Shown here one piece after another: positions 50,312-59,343 of a DNA stretch of 64,000 nucleotides (the stretch's first letter is position 1; every line of letters begins with the position of its first letter). The stretch is from an uncultured delta proteobacterium (GTDB lineage: Bacteria; Desulfobacterota; RBG-13-43-22), in the NCBI GenBank assembly GCA_963743305.1, contig CAVUPH010000015.1, forward strand, positions 32,001 through 96,000. The letters are read 5' to 3'. The position numbers were made by a program, and so were the translations under genes. The notes beneath the pieces were generated by a model. It searched no databases. It saw nothing but the letters and a program-made list of their open reading frames with translations, and was not told where the DNA came from.

Positions 50312-51640
50312 TCAACCGACCCGAAAAAAAGTTTCATCGAATTCGGGCCGCCCCTGGTAGCGTTGCAGAAAGAAACCCGGCAGTTGATCGAAACTTTCAA
50401 AAAGACCGGGGTTGGCCTCGATACCCGCCTGATGGAGGGCTTTGACCAGGTCATCCATTTTGGGCGGACAGCCCTTGATGGCGATCATTTCTTGTATATT
50501 CGGGTCTTTTTTATTGGCCTCATAGATGCACTGGCCGACGAGGATGGTTTTCTTCTTCCCCGGTGTGGGCTTCATCATCTTTCCGGTCAGCACCTCCACT
50601 TCGTCCCAGGGCTGGCCTTTCCAGGCCTGGCGGATGGCGGTCAGCATCAGCCCGTTGATCCCGGAACAGTAGGTGCACATGGACAAGTCGTATTTGTGGT
50701 AGGTCAGGCCCTGAAGGCCTTGCTTGGCCAGTGGGACCGGCATGGTCCCGCTTTCATTGGAAACATACGCAAAATCGTATTCGTGCCGGGAGGCCACGGC
50801 TTCCAGTGGTTCCCCGACCAGATCGATGTCGGAGAGATCCAGGGGCCGGCCCTGGTTTCGGGCGGCGTGCACCAGATGCGGGACCTCAACCGGTTCGTAC
50901 CCCAAAACCTTAGCCCCCACCAGGTCGGCGGAAAGCAGATCGGACGAGGCCACCAGGATATTGCTGCGGCGGATTTTGCCGTCAAAACTGGGGCCCCGCT
51001 CGTTGGTATAGATCCCGTCCAACAGGGCAAAGACCGGGGGAATCTGATCCGAAAGCCGGGCGATAAGGTAATTGAGATCTTTCTTTGGATCGGCGCTATG
51101 ACACTTCTTCCGGGAAGGGATATTTAAGACCCCCTTCAGATTTTTGATACCCAGGCTGACCACCGCCTGGTTGTGCGTCTTAAGCACGGGCAGATCCACG
51201 ACAAAATCGCTGTCCAGAAAATCGCCGCTGAATTGAAGCACGATCCCCTCCCCCAGATCGACTTTTTTGAAGGGCCGCTCGAAGACATTGAGGCACTTGA
51301 CTCCGTAGCGTCTTTCCAGCGCCCGATAGCCCAGGGTTTCGAAGGCGTGGGCCGGGGTTTCCGTGTCCTTGGGGTTCATGGTTACCGTGCCTTCGCCGAT
51401 GGTGATGTCGTCAATCCCCCTTTCCTTGAGCAGGACCACTATATCCTCGACCACCCGCGAGGTGGTAATAACCCCCCACTTGGGAAAAGGCACCACCCGG
51501 GTCCAGAAGACAATGTTCGGTTTAATAAAGACCTTGGCCCGGGCTGGAAGCCGGTCCAGTCCCCGGGAAAGAGCAACGGCCCGTCGGACCGATTCTCCGG
51601 GAGCTTCATAGCGGACGATAGCAACGGTATACGGTTTCAT
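50312..51640 (-). CDS. DUF362 domain protein with C-terminal Fe-S motif (paralog 2)
   Basis: Clearly homologous to 36310..37632 along its length; CTYC…GQC…GCPP. Confidence 0.82.
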   Translation of the reverse strand: MKPYTVAIVRYEAPGESVRRAVALSRGLDRLPARAKVFIKPNIVFWTRVVPFPKWGVITTSRVVEDIVVLLKERGIDDITIGEGTVTMNPKDTETPAHAFETLGYRALERRYGVKCLNVFERPFKKVDLGEGIVLQFSGDFLDSDFVVDLPVLKTHNQAVVSLGIKNLKGVLNIPSRKKCHSADPKKDLNYLIARLSDQIPPVFALLDGIYTNERGPSFDGKIRRSNILVASSDLLSADLVGAKVLGYEPVEVPHLVHAARNQGRPLDLSDIDLVGEPLEAVASRHEYDFAYVSNESGTMPVPLAKQGLQGLTYHKYDLSMCTYCSGINGLMLTAIRQAWKGQPWDEVEVLTGKMMKPTPGKKKTILVGQCIYEANKKDPNIQEMIAIKGCPPKMDDLVKALHQAGIEANPGLFESFDQLPGFFLQRYQGRPEFDETFFRVG

Positions 51641-52180
51641 GTTTTTACTCCTGCCTCATTCGACTGATCCTTTCGATCCCCCTAAACGAACAGCCCGGGG
51701 TGAAGAAAGGTTGGGTTGGCCTGGGTTCGATCCTGCCGCCCCATAAGCGGAGGTCGAAGTTTTGGAGTCCTGACTTGATTATTTTTGATTTTTTACACAG
51801 TGGATTTTATTTTCATCTATTTTTGAAAAAGTCTATAGAAAATGTCAAGATAAAAAAAAGTTGCCCTGCGGAAAACGGAAAAAAGCCTTGACTTTAAAAA
51901 GAGCAATTGGTAATAAAATCCGAAAACGGTTTGCAGTTGAAATCCTATTTCCAGCAAGCGCCTTTTTCATTCTAGACCATCTTGAATCAGTTGTTCCCGT
52001 TTCCGTCCCGGGAGTTAAAAGAAGTATACTTTTTAACCTGGATGAACTGGCTTTAAGGATGACCATGGGTAAAGGTGTCCCTCCCTAACCGCTTTTCATT
52101 CCCTCAATGGCTCTTGACGGTGTTCCCTGTCATTTCCGTCCCGTAACTTTAAATTGTCTAATCAAAAGGAGGAGGAAAGG

Positions 52181-53486
52181 ATGATGAAGAAACGAACTGT
52201 TGGATGGACTTTTTTTCTGGTCGTCAGTCTGGTCGTACTGGCGTTATCTCTCGCCGTAGAGGCCAAAACCATTAAAATCGGTGTGATCGGACCGATGCAG
52301 AGTATAGAAGGAAAGCACCATTGGGATGGCGCCACTATGGCCGCTGAGGAGATCAATGCCAAAGGAGGCGTCCAGGTCGGCAAGGAAAAAATGAAAATCG
52401 AGCTGGTCAAGGCCGACTCGAATGAAGATAAGAACCCCGCCGATGCCGCCAACGCCATGGAACGCTTAATGACCAGAGACAAGGTGGATTTTGTAGTCGG
52501 CGGTTTCAGGACTGAGGGCGTTCTGCCCATGCAGGACATCGCTATGGACTATAAGAAGATCTTTATAGGCTGCGGTGCCGCCAGCGATTCGATCTGCGAT
52601 CGGGTTGGCAAAGATTATAACCGCTACAAATATTTCTTCCGGGGCACCCCCTTCAAGTCCAGTTATCTGGCGCGAACCAGTTTTGCCCATCTGGGCTTAT
52701 GCGCAGCAGTCATTAAGAAGGAATTGAATGTCCCCGTCAAAGTCGCTGTCGTGGCCGAGAAGCTGGCCTGGACCGAAGGCATGGTCAAAGCCGCCCAGGG
52801 TATTATTCCCAAGATGGGCTTGGAGCTGGTCGGGGTATGGCAGCCTTCCTCCCTGGCCACGGATGTCACCGCCGAGCTTTCGGCAATACAAAAGAGCGGG
52901 GCCAACTTGATCTTTACCATTTTCTCGGGATCGGTTGGAATTACCTTTGCCCGGCAGGCTGGGGAACTCAAGATCCCCGCCCTCCAAGTGGGCATCAATG
53001 TCGAATCCCAAAAGGAAGGTTTTTGGGAAGCCACTAAGGGTATGGGGAATTATGTCTTTACCATGAACACCTATGCCCGGGGGATTGAATATAATGAACT
53101 GACAAAACCATTTATGGACCACTACATTAAGGAGTTTAAGCAGGTTCCAACCTATACGGCCGACACCTATTCCGCCATCATCTATAGCCTGGTCCCAAGC
53201 ATCGAGGCCGTAGGGAGTCTGGATGCCGATAAGATCAGTCGCCCACCTGGAGAACCGGACGTATAAGGTCCCCAGCGGGGTCGTCAAATATGAAAAGAAT
53301 GCCCAAGGAGTACCGACCCACGATTTGACCTGGGGCCCGGGCTACCTGACCAGCCTTGGCGTCCAGTGGCAGGATGGTAAACTTGTTGGAGTTTGGCCTA
53401 ATAAGTGGAAGCCCACCCCGGATGCCCCGGAGGTCACTTATAAAGGGATGGTCCCAGTTAAGCTGCCCCCCTGGATGAAAAAGTAG
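52181..53486 (+). CDS. ABC substrate-binding protein (cluster 4; +1 frameshift ~53237)
   Basis: Signal peptide, IGVIGP, EEINAKGG, VVGGFRTE, YKYFFR; C-terminus VAHLE…QWQDGK..VWP in next frame; GGAGGAGG RBS. Confidence 0.87.
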
Positions 53487-53659
53487 TAACCATAGAATCG
53501 AATAGTAGATCCTCCTTGGATCCGAAAAGGTAACGTTGCCGAAACCATTGTTGCGAGTTGCGGGTTGAAAGCCTTTGAGCCGACAACCCGTAACCCGTAA
53601 CGGTGATATTTCAGGCTCCCGTTCTTTTTACAAGAGAAAAAGCATTTTTTTGAGGCCTT

Positions 53660-54523
53660 ATGAATATAATTATCACCGGTCTAATCACAGGCAGTCTGCT
53701 GGCCCTTTTGGCCATCGGTTTCTCCCTGATCTTCGGAGTGGCCCGCATCGTCAACATCGCCCACACCGCCTTTTATATGGTCGCGGCCTACTGTATCTTT
53801 TACTTGTCCATCAGGCTTGGGCTTAATGTCATCTTGTCCATGCTGATTGCCGTTATTACCGTCACCCTGCTCGGTTTGCTGGTTTATAAATTTATAATCG
53901 ACCCAATACGCGAACACGAGGGTGCGGTTTTGATTGCCACCATAGCCCTGGCCATGTTCTTTCAAGAGGTCATTCTGCGGCTATTCACCGGGGAATATTG
54001 GAGTGTTGATTTCCTGATTCAAGGGTTCTTCACCATTGGAGGCAATAAGATTTTTTATCAACAATTGCTGACCTTCGGCGTGGTCCTGGTGATTTTACTC
54101 GTCATCTGGTTCCTGTTGATGAAGACCCGTTTGGGCCTGGCCATCCGTTCCACGGCCGAGGATCGGGAAGTGGCCAATCTGATGGGCATGAATGAGAGCC
54201 GGCTGGCCATGATCACGCTGGCTATCTCGGTCGCCCTGGCTGGAGTCACCGGGGCGGTGATCGGACCTCTTTTCGTTCTGACTCCCCATATGTGGATGGA
54301 ACCTTTGATTATCATGATGGCCGTCGTAGTCCTGGGTGGACTGGGCAGCATAAAGGGAAGTTTTATAGCCGCTTATATCCTGGGGTTTACCGAGGCCCTG
54401 GTGGTTTTTCTAGTCCCCACAGGAGCCTTCTTGAAGGGCCCCGTGGCCTTAACTACTATGATCCTGGTTCTGCTGATGCGGCCGGAGGGTCTATTTGGTG
54501 TCGCCTTTGAGGAAGAGAGGTAG
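53660..54523 (+). CDS. livH: Liv-type ABC permease (cluster 4)
   Basis: AIGFSLIFGVARIVNIAH, KTRLGLAIRS, LGGLGSIKG, RPEGLFG. Confidence 0.92.
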   Translation: MNIIITGLITGSLLALLAIGFSLIFGVARIVNIAHTAFYMVAAYCIFYLSIRLGLNVILSMLIAVITVTLLGLLVYKFIIDPIREHEGAVLIATIALAMFFQEVILRLFTGEYWSVDFLIQGFFTIGGNKIFYQQLLTFGVVLVILLVIWFLLMKTRLGLAIRSTAEDREVANLMGMNESRLAMITLAISVALAGVTGAVIGPLFVLTPHMWMEPLIIMMAVVVLGGLGSIKGSFIAAYILGFTEALVVFLVPTGAFLKGPVALTTMILVLLMRPEGLFGVAFEEER

Positions 54524-54529
54524 GAGAGC

Positions 54530-55570
54530 ATGGGGCTGCTGGGGTTCTATTTACGGAAATTCTATTCCCTTGTCCGGGGAGAGGTGCTGGTCCTTCCCAG
54601 TCGAACGATTGTCGGCCTTTTTATTATAGTTATCCTGGGTCTGCCCTTGATAACCCAGGATCCATATCTTCTCCGCATCGTCATTATGACCAGTATCTTT
54701 GCCATCCTGGCCGCGAGCTGGGACCTTCTGTCCGGTTTTACCGGCCAGATGAACTTCGGACATGCCCTGTTCTTCGGGGTGGGGGCCTACACTTCCGCGT
54801 TACTGCATCTTCATATTCATATTCCTCCCTGGGGCAGCGTGCCTTTAGGGGCCGTGGCAGCGGTCCTGGCGGGGCTAATTGTTGGCATTCCCTGTCTGAG
54901 GCTGAAGCATACTTATCTGGCCCTAACCACCCTGGCCTTCCCGATCATCTTATTGGGGATCATTATTGCCCTGCCCGATTTTACCGGCGGTGAATTGGGG
55001 ATGTCCGGTTTGCAGCGTTTCACCAATTCTCTTATGGGCAATTATTATCTTCACGTCATTACCATGCTCGTATTGTGTTTTGTCATGTGGAAGATAACCG
55101 ACTCCAATACGGGGATTATTTTTCATGCCATTCGGGAGGATGAGCTGGCCGTCAAGTCCTCAGGTATCAACACCACTCGTTATAAACTATTGGCCTTTAC
55201 CCTCAGCGGCTTTTTTGCCGGTCTTTCCGGCGGACTCTATGCCCATTATATGCGAATTGCCGGTCCTTCCACCCTGGAGGTATCCATGTCCTTCACGGTG
55301 GTAATCTGGGCGATCTTTGGGGGGGCGGCCACCATCTACGGCCCTGTAGCGGGGGTTTTTATCCTCTATCCGTTGTTGGAAATCGTCCGTTTCTGGCCCG
55401 AGTACCGCATGATGATATTTTCCTTATTCGTCCTGGTGATCCTCTTGTACATGCCCGAAGGTTTCATCCCCTGGGTAAGAGATAAAATTGAAAGAGAATG
55501 CCCCCGGTGCAAGATTAGAAACGTGGCGACCCGGAAAACCTGCCGGGTTTGTACCGCGGCATTGGATTAG
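54530..55570 (+). CDS. livM: Liv-type ABC permease with C-terminal CxxC-x10-CxxC motif (cluster 4)
   Basis: WDLLSGFTGQMNFGHA, YLALTTLAF, TGGELG, AIREDE; ends CPRCKIRNVATRKTCRVC. Confidence 0.9.
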   Translation: MGLLGFYLRKFYSLVRGEVLVLPSRTIVGLFIIVILGLPLITQDPYLLRIVIMTSIFAILAASWDLLSGFTGQMNFGHALFFGVGAYTSALLHLHIHIPPWGSVPLGAVAAVLAGLIVGIPCLRLKHTYLALTTLAFPIILLGIIIALPDFTGGELGMSGLQRFTNSLMGNYYLHVITMLVLCFVMWKITDSNTGIIFHAIREDELAVKSSGINTTRYKLLAFTLSGFFAGLSGGLYAHYMRIAGPSTLEVSMSFTVVIWAIFGGAATIYGPVAGVFILYPLLEIVRFWPEYRMMIFSLFVLVILLYMPEGFIPWVRDKIERECPRCKIRNVATRKTCRVCTAALD

Positions 55571-55574
55571 GTTG

Positions 55575-55756
55575 TTCACCGCAAAGGCGCAAAGGGCGCA
55601 AAGAAATTTATCTTTATTCGATCAGAGAAACCGATCGAACAAGAATAAATTAGAGTTATGATCATCTATCAACCGTTGGCGGAGAGCTTTTCAGTTGGCT
55701 GCCGAAAAGGCGGCCAACTGAAAAAACCTTTGCGGTCTTTGCGCCTTGGCGGTGAA
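55575..55756. repeat. Palindromic element (TTCACCGCAAAG.CGCAAAG type) with two internal hairpins; half copies at ~39064 and ~62700
   Basis: TTCACCGCAAAGGCGCAAAGGGCGCAAAG … CTTTGCGGTCTTTGCGCCTTGGCGGTGAA. Confidence 0.75.
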
Positions 55757-55777
55757 TAAAGAAAAAGGAACTAAACG

Positions 55778-57487
55778 ATGAATCCAAAAGAAACCTATCT
55801 GTCCAAGCCCTGGCTGAAATATTACTCCAAAGGGGTGCCGGCTGAAGTCGACATTCCCGAGGTATCCGTACCGGGACTCTTCGACCAGGTTGTTCAAAAA
55901 TACGGGAATAAGACCGCCCTGATCTTCTACGGAAAAAAGATAACCTATCGGGAGCTTAAAGAGCTGGCCGACCGCCTGGCCACTGCTTTTGCTGATTTAG
56001 GGGTCAAAAAGGGGGATTCCGTGGCCTTGTATCTCCTGAACAGCCCCCAGTATGTCATCGCCTATTTCGCCGCCCTTAAAATAGGGGCCAAGGTCACCCC
56101 CATCAGCCCGGTGTACACCAGTATCGAGGTCAGGCATCAGATCGAGGATAGTGAGGCTCGGACCGTTGTCTGTCAAAATATCCTGTACGACAACCTGGAA
56201 AAGGCCGGGGTCCATCCGGAACGGGTGATTTTGACCAGTATCGAAGAATATCTTCCAGCCATGAAAAAATGGTTCGGCAAGAGCGCCCAGGCCAAGGCCT
56301 ACGGGGGGGCCCCGCCGCCTTCGGTGGATTCGCTAAAAAAATCGGGGGTCTATTCTTTTCAGGATCTGTTGAAAAAATATCCCCCCCAGCCTCCCGCGGT
56401 GGTCATCGACCCCCGGGTAGACCTGGCCGCCCTGCCCTACACCGGCGGCACCACCGGGCTGCCCAAGGCGGCCATGCTGACCCACCGAAACCTGGTGGCC
56501 CTGCAAGCCCAGATCCTCAGTTTCTGGCCCATCTTGGAAGAGGGGAAGGAAACAGTTATGGCTTTCCTGCCTTTCTTTCATATTTACGGCCAAGTAGTGG
56601 TCATGATCGGCGGGCTGGCCATGGGTGCCACCCTGGTCCTGTTCACCACCCCGGACATCGAGGAAATCCTCTCGGCCATGGATCGTTACCAGGCCTCGGG
56701 TTTTTACGGCGTCCCGACCCTCTTCGAATACCTCAAGGAATACGAAAAAACCGACCGGGTCAACTGGAAAAAGCTCAAAATCATCGCCTGCGGCGCCGAC
56801 ACCCTGCATGAATCGACCATCGCGGCCTGGGAAAAGCGTACCGGATCCAGGATCTTTGAGGGCTATGGGATGACGGAAACCACGGCGGTCAGCCACAGCA
56901 CTCCTCTCGACCGACCCAAGAAGGGATCCTTCGGGGTGCCGCTGCCCAATATCAAAGCCGCCATCATGGAACACGAAGGGACCGAATTCCTACCCATCGG
57001 GGAAGTGGGCGAACTGATTCTGAGCGGTCCCAATATTATGCAGGGCTACTGGAAAAGGCCGGAAGGAACCCAAGAGTCCATGCTGGAGATTGACGGGGAG
57101 ATGTGGCTGCGCACCGGAGACCTGGTCAATATGGACGAAGAAGGGTATTTCCACTTCTTTGACCGCAAGCGGGACTTGATCAAATACAAGGGCTATTCGG
57201 TCTTCGCCCGCCACGTGGAAGAAGTGCTTTATCAGCATCCCAAGATCAAGGCCGCCGGGGTAGTCGGGGTGCCGGACCCCAAGGTGGGCAACCTGATCAA
57301 AGCCTATGTGGTCCTGGAGGGCGAGGCCCGGGGCCAGATCTCGGAAGAGGAAATTCTGGAATTTTGCCGCGAGAAACTCGCCCATTATAAGGTACCTAAG
57401 ATCATCGAGTTTCGGGGCGAACTGCCTAAGACCGATGTGGGCAAAGTTTCCCGCCGGGAACTCAGAGAAGAGGGGGAGGAGGCCTGA
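55778..57487 (+). CDS. Long-chain fatty acid-CoA ligase embedded in ABC operon
   Basis: YTGGTTGLPK, EGYGMTET, LRTGD, DRKRDLIK, KTDVGK. Confidence 0.92.
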   Translation: MNPKETYLSKPWLKYYSKGVPAEVDIPEVSVPGLFDQVVQKYGNKTALIFYGKKITYRELKELADRLATAFADLGVKKGDSVALYLLNSPQYVIAYFAALKIGAKVTPISPVYTSIEVRHQIEDSEARTVVCQNILYDNLEKAGVHPERVILTSIEEYLPAMKKWFGKSAQAKAYGGAPPPSVDSLKKSGVYSFQDLLKKYPPQPPAVVIDPRVDLAALPYTGGTTGLPKAAMLTHRNLVALQAQILSFWPILEEGKETVMAFLPFFHIYGQVVVMIGGLAMGATLVLFTTPDIEEILSAMDRYQASGFYGVPTLFEYLKEYEKTDRVNWKKLKIIACGADTLHESTIAAWEKRTGSRIFEGYGMTETTAVSHSTPLDRPKKGSFGVPLPNIKAAIMEHEGTEFLPIGEVGELILSGPNIMQGYWKRPEGTQESMLEIDGEMWLRTGDLVNMDEEGYFHFFDRKRDLIKYKGYSVFARHVEEVLYQHPKIKAAGVVGVPDPKVGNLIKAYVVLEGEARGQISEEEILEFCREKLAHYKVPKIIEFRGELPKTDVGKVSRRELREEGEEA

Positions 57488-57488
57488 G

Positions 57489-58259
57489 ATGGCCGTACCA
57501 TTCCTGGAAGTGGAATCGCTGAACAAGACCTTTGGAGGTCTGCAGGCGATCAATAATATTCATATCCGCATGGATCAGAAAGAAGTCATCGGCCTTATCG
57601 GACCCAACGGGGCGGGCAAGACCACCCTCTTGCGGCTGCTCACCGGCATATTGAAACCGGATACGGGTAGCGTGCGATTCAAGGGTAAGCAGCTTGTAGG
57701 GCTTAAGACCTGGGACATCGTCAACCTGGGGGTGGCTTGCACCTTCCAGAACATGCGGCCATTCCGGCGCCTGCCCATCATTGCCAATGTCATGGTCTCC
57801 TGCCTGTCACCCCGGTCCATGAAACGGGGGGAATGGGTGAAAAAAGTAGAGGCCAAGGCCATGGATGCCCTGGAATTTGCCGGCATCTCGGATATGGCCT
57901 TGGAAAAGGCGTCTACTCTTTCCCAGGGTGACTTGAAGCGGCTGGAAGTGGCCCGGGCCGTGGCCACGGACCCGGAGCTCCTTCTCCTGGACGAACCTTT
58001 CGGCGGACTCAGCCCGGCGGAAACTGATTTGATGGCCAAATCCATCCGCCGGCTTCATAAGGGCGGGCGCTTCGGCCGCCTGCACAGCGAAGGGCCGGCC
58101 ATGATTATTGTCGAGCACAAGCTGCAGCAGTTGATGAAGATTGTGGATCGCATTATCGTCCTCAATTTCGGAACCCTGCTGGCCGAGGGGACGCCCCAGG
58201 AAGTGGTGAACAACCCGCAGGTCATCGAGGCCTATCTGGGTCAGGGAGGAGGGCAGTAA
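57489..58259 (+). CDS. livG: Liv-type ABC ATPase (cluster 4)
   Basis: Start MAVPFLEV; GPNGAGKTT, LDEPFGGL, EHKL, AYLG. Confidence 0.9.
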   Translation: MAVPFLEVESLNKTFGGLQAINNIHIRMDQKEVIGLIGPNGAGKTTLLRLLTGILKPDTGSVRFKGKQLVGLKTWDIVNLGVACTFQNMRPFRRLPIIANVMVSCLSPRSMKRGEWVKKVEAKAMDALEFAGISDMALEKASTLSQGDLKRLEVARAVATDPELLLLDEPFGGLSPAETDLMAKSIRRLHKGGRFGRLHSEGPAMIIVEHKLQQLMKIVDRIIVLNFGTLLAEGTPQEVVNNPQVIEAYLGQGGGQ

Positions 58260-58261
58260 CC

Positions 58262-59011
58262 GTGCTTCTAGAGGTCGCGCACTTATCCGTCCGCTATGAA
58301 AAGGCCGTACTCATTAATGACCTGAACCTGTCTGTGGATAAAGGAGAGCTGGTCAGCCTGGTGGGCCCCAACGGGGCCGGGAAATCCACCACCCTGCGGG
58401 CCATCACCGGACTGGTGGCCTGGGAAAAAGAGATTAAGCGCCGCTCCACGGCCGGGGACATTTTCCTGGAGGGCACGGTGACCTTCAATGGGGAACGGAT
58501 CGATCAGGTCCCGGCCCATGAAATCGTCCGGCGGGGACTCGTGCTTTGTCCGGAACGGCGAAGGCCTTTCCGGGAAATGAGTGTTCTGGACAACCTGCTG
58601 GCCGGGGCCTACCTGCAAAAGGATAAAAAGAAGACCCAGGAAGATCTGGAAAAGATTTACACCATGTTCCCGGTCCTGAAGACCCGTTCCGGCCAGATTT
58701 CCGGGACCCTTTCCGGAGGGGAGCAACAAATGCTGGCCATTGGCCGGGCGCTCATGTCCGAACCCAAGCTGCTGTGCATCGACGAACCCTCCACCGGCCT
58801 GGCGCCTTTGATGCGCAAGGAAGTCTTTGACAAAATCGCCGAGATTAGCCGCCTGGGCATCACCGTACTCCTGGTGGAGCAGGAAGTGAGCACCGTCTTC
58901 CAGATGGCCGTCCGGAACTACGTGCTCTCCTCGGGCAAGATCATCGCCGAGGGCACCGGCCAGCAACTCCTCGAAGACGAGGTCCTCCGCAAGACCTATC
59001 TGGGATTTTAA
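58262..59011 (+). CDS. livF: Liv-type ABC ATPase (cluster 4)
   Basis: GPNGAGKST, LSGGEQQML, DEPSTGLAP. Confidence 0.9.
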   Translation: MLLEVAHLSVRYEKAVLINDLNLSVDKGELVSLVGPNGAGKSTTLRAITGLVAWEKEIKRRSTAGDIFLEGTVTFNGERIDQVPAHEIVRRGLVLCPERRRPFREMSVLDNLLAGAYLQKDKKKTQEDLEKIYTMFPVLKTRSGQISGTLSGGEQQMLAIGRALMSEPKLLCIDEPSTGLAPLMRKEVFDKIAEISRLGITVLLVEQEVSTVFQMAVRNYVLSSGKIIAEGTGQQLLEDEVLRKTYLGF

Positions 59012-59040
59012 AGATAGCCGATAATTTTGATTTTATTGGC

Positions 59041-59265
59041 TCAATTTCGAAATTCGAAACAAATTCAAATGACCAAAATTCAAAATCCGAACCCCGCGGC
59101 TCTTGAACCGCAGCGGCCCACCGGTAAGTGAATCCAACTCGTTACTCCTCCTTCTGATTAGTAAGGGTACGCTGTTTCGGTCATTTGAGTTTTGAACTTC
59201 GTTTATTGATTCGGCCTGCGACGAGCTCAGTCGAGTCGATTTCGGGCTTCGAATTTCGAGTTTGA
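59041..59265. repeat. Inverted 7-mer repeat element (AATTCGAA / TTCGAATT type)
   Basis: TTTCGAAATTCGAAACAAATTCAAATGACCAAAATTCAAA … GTTTCGGTCATTTGAGTTTTGAACTT…TTCGAATTTCGAGTTT. Confidence 0.65.
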
Positions 59266-59343
59266 AAATGCCGCTATTTGACAACGCAAGATAACTTCTT
59301 GGAATTCTAATGATAATCAACTTGAACAGGTAAGGATCAAACC

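Noticed and set aside
51697-51743. tRNA/tmRNA-like look: GGGGTG…GGGTTCGATCCTGCCGCCCCA
   Set aside because: Only ~47 nt, T-stem pairs poorly, no D or anticodon arm; likely coincidence
59307-59326. Fur-box-like TAATGATAATCA upstream of the acyl-CoA dehydrogenase
   Set aside because: Only the left part matches, in AT-rich DNA, with no iron-uptake context
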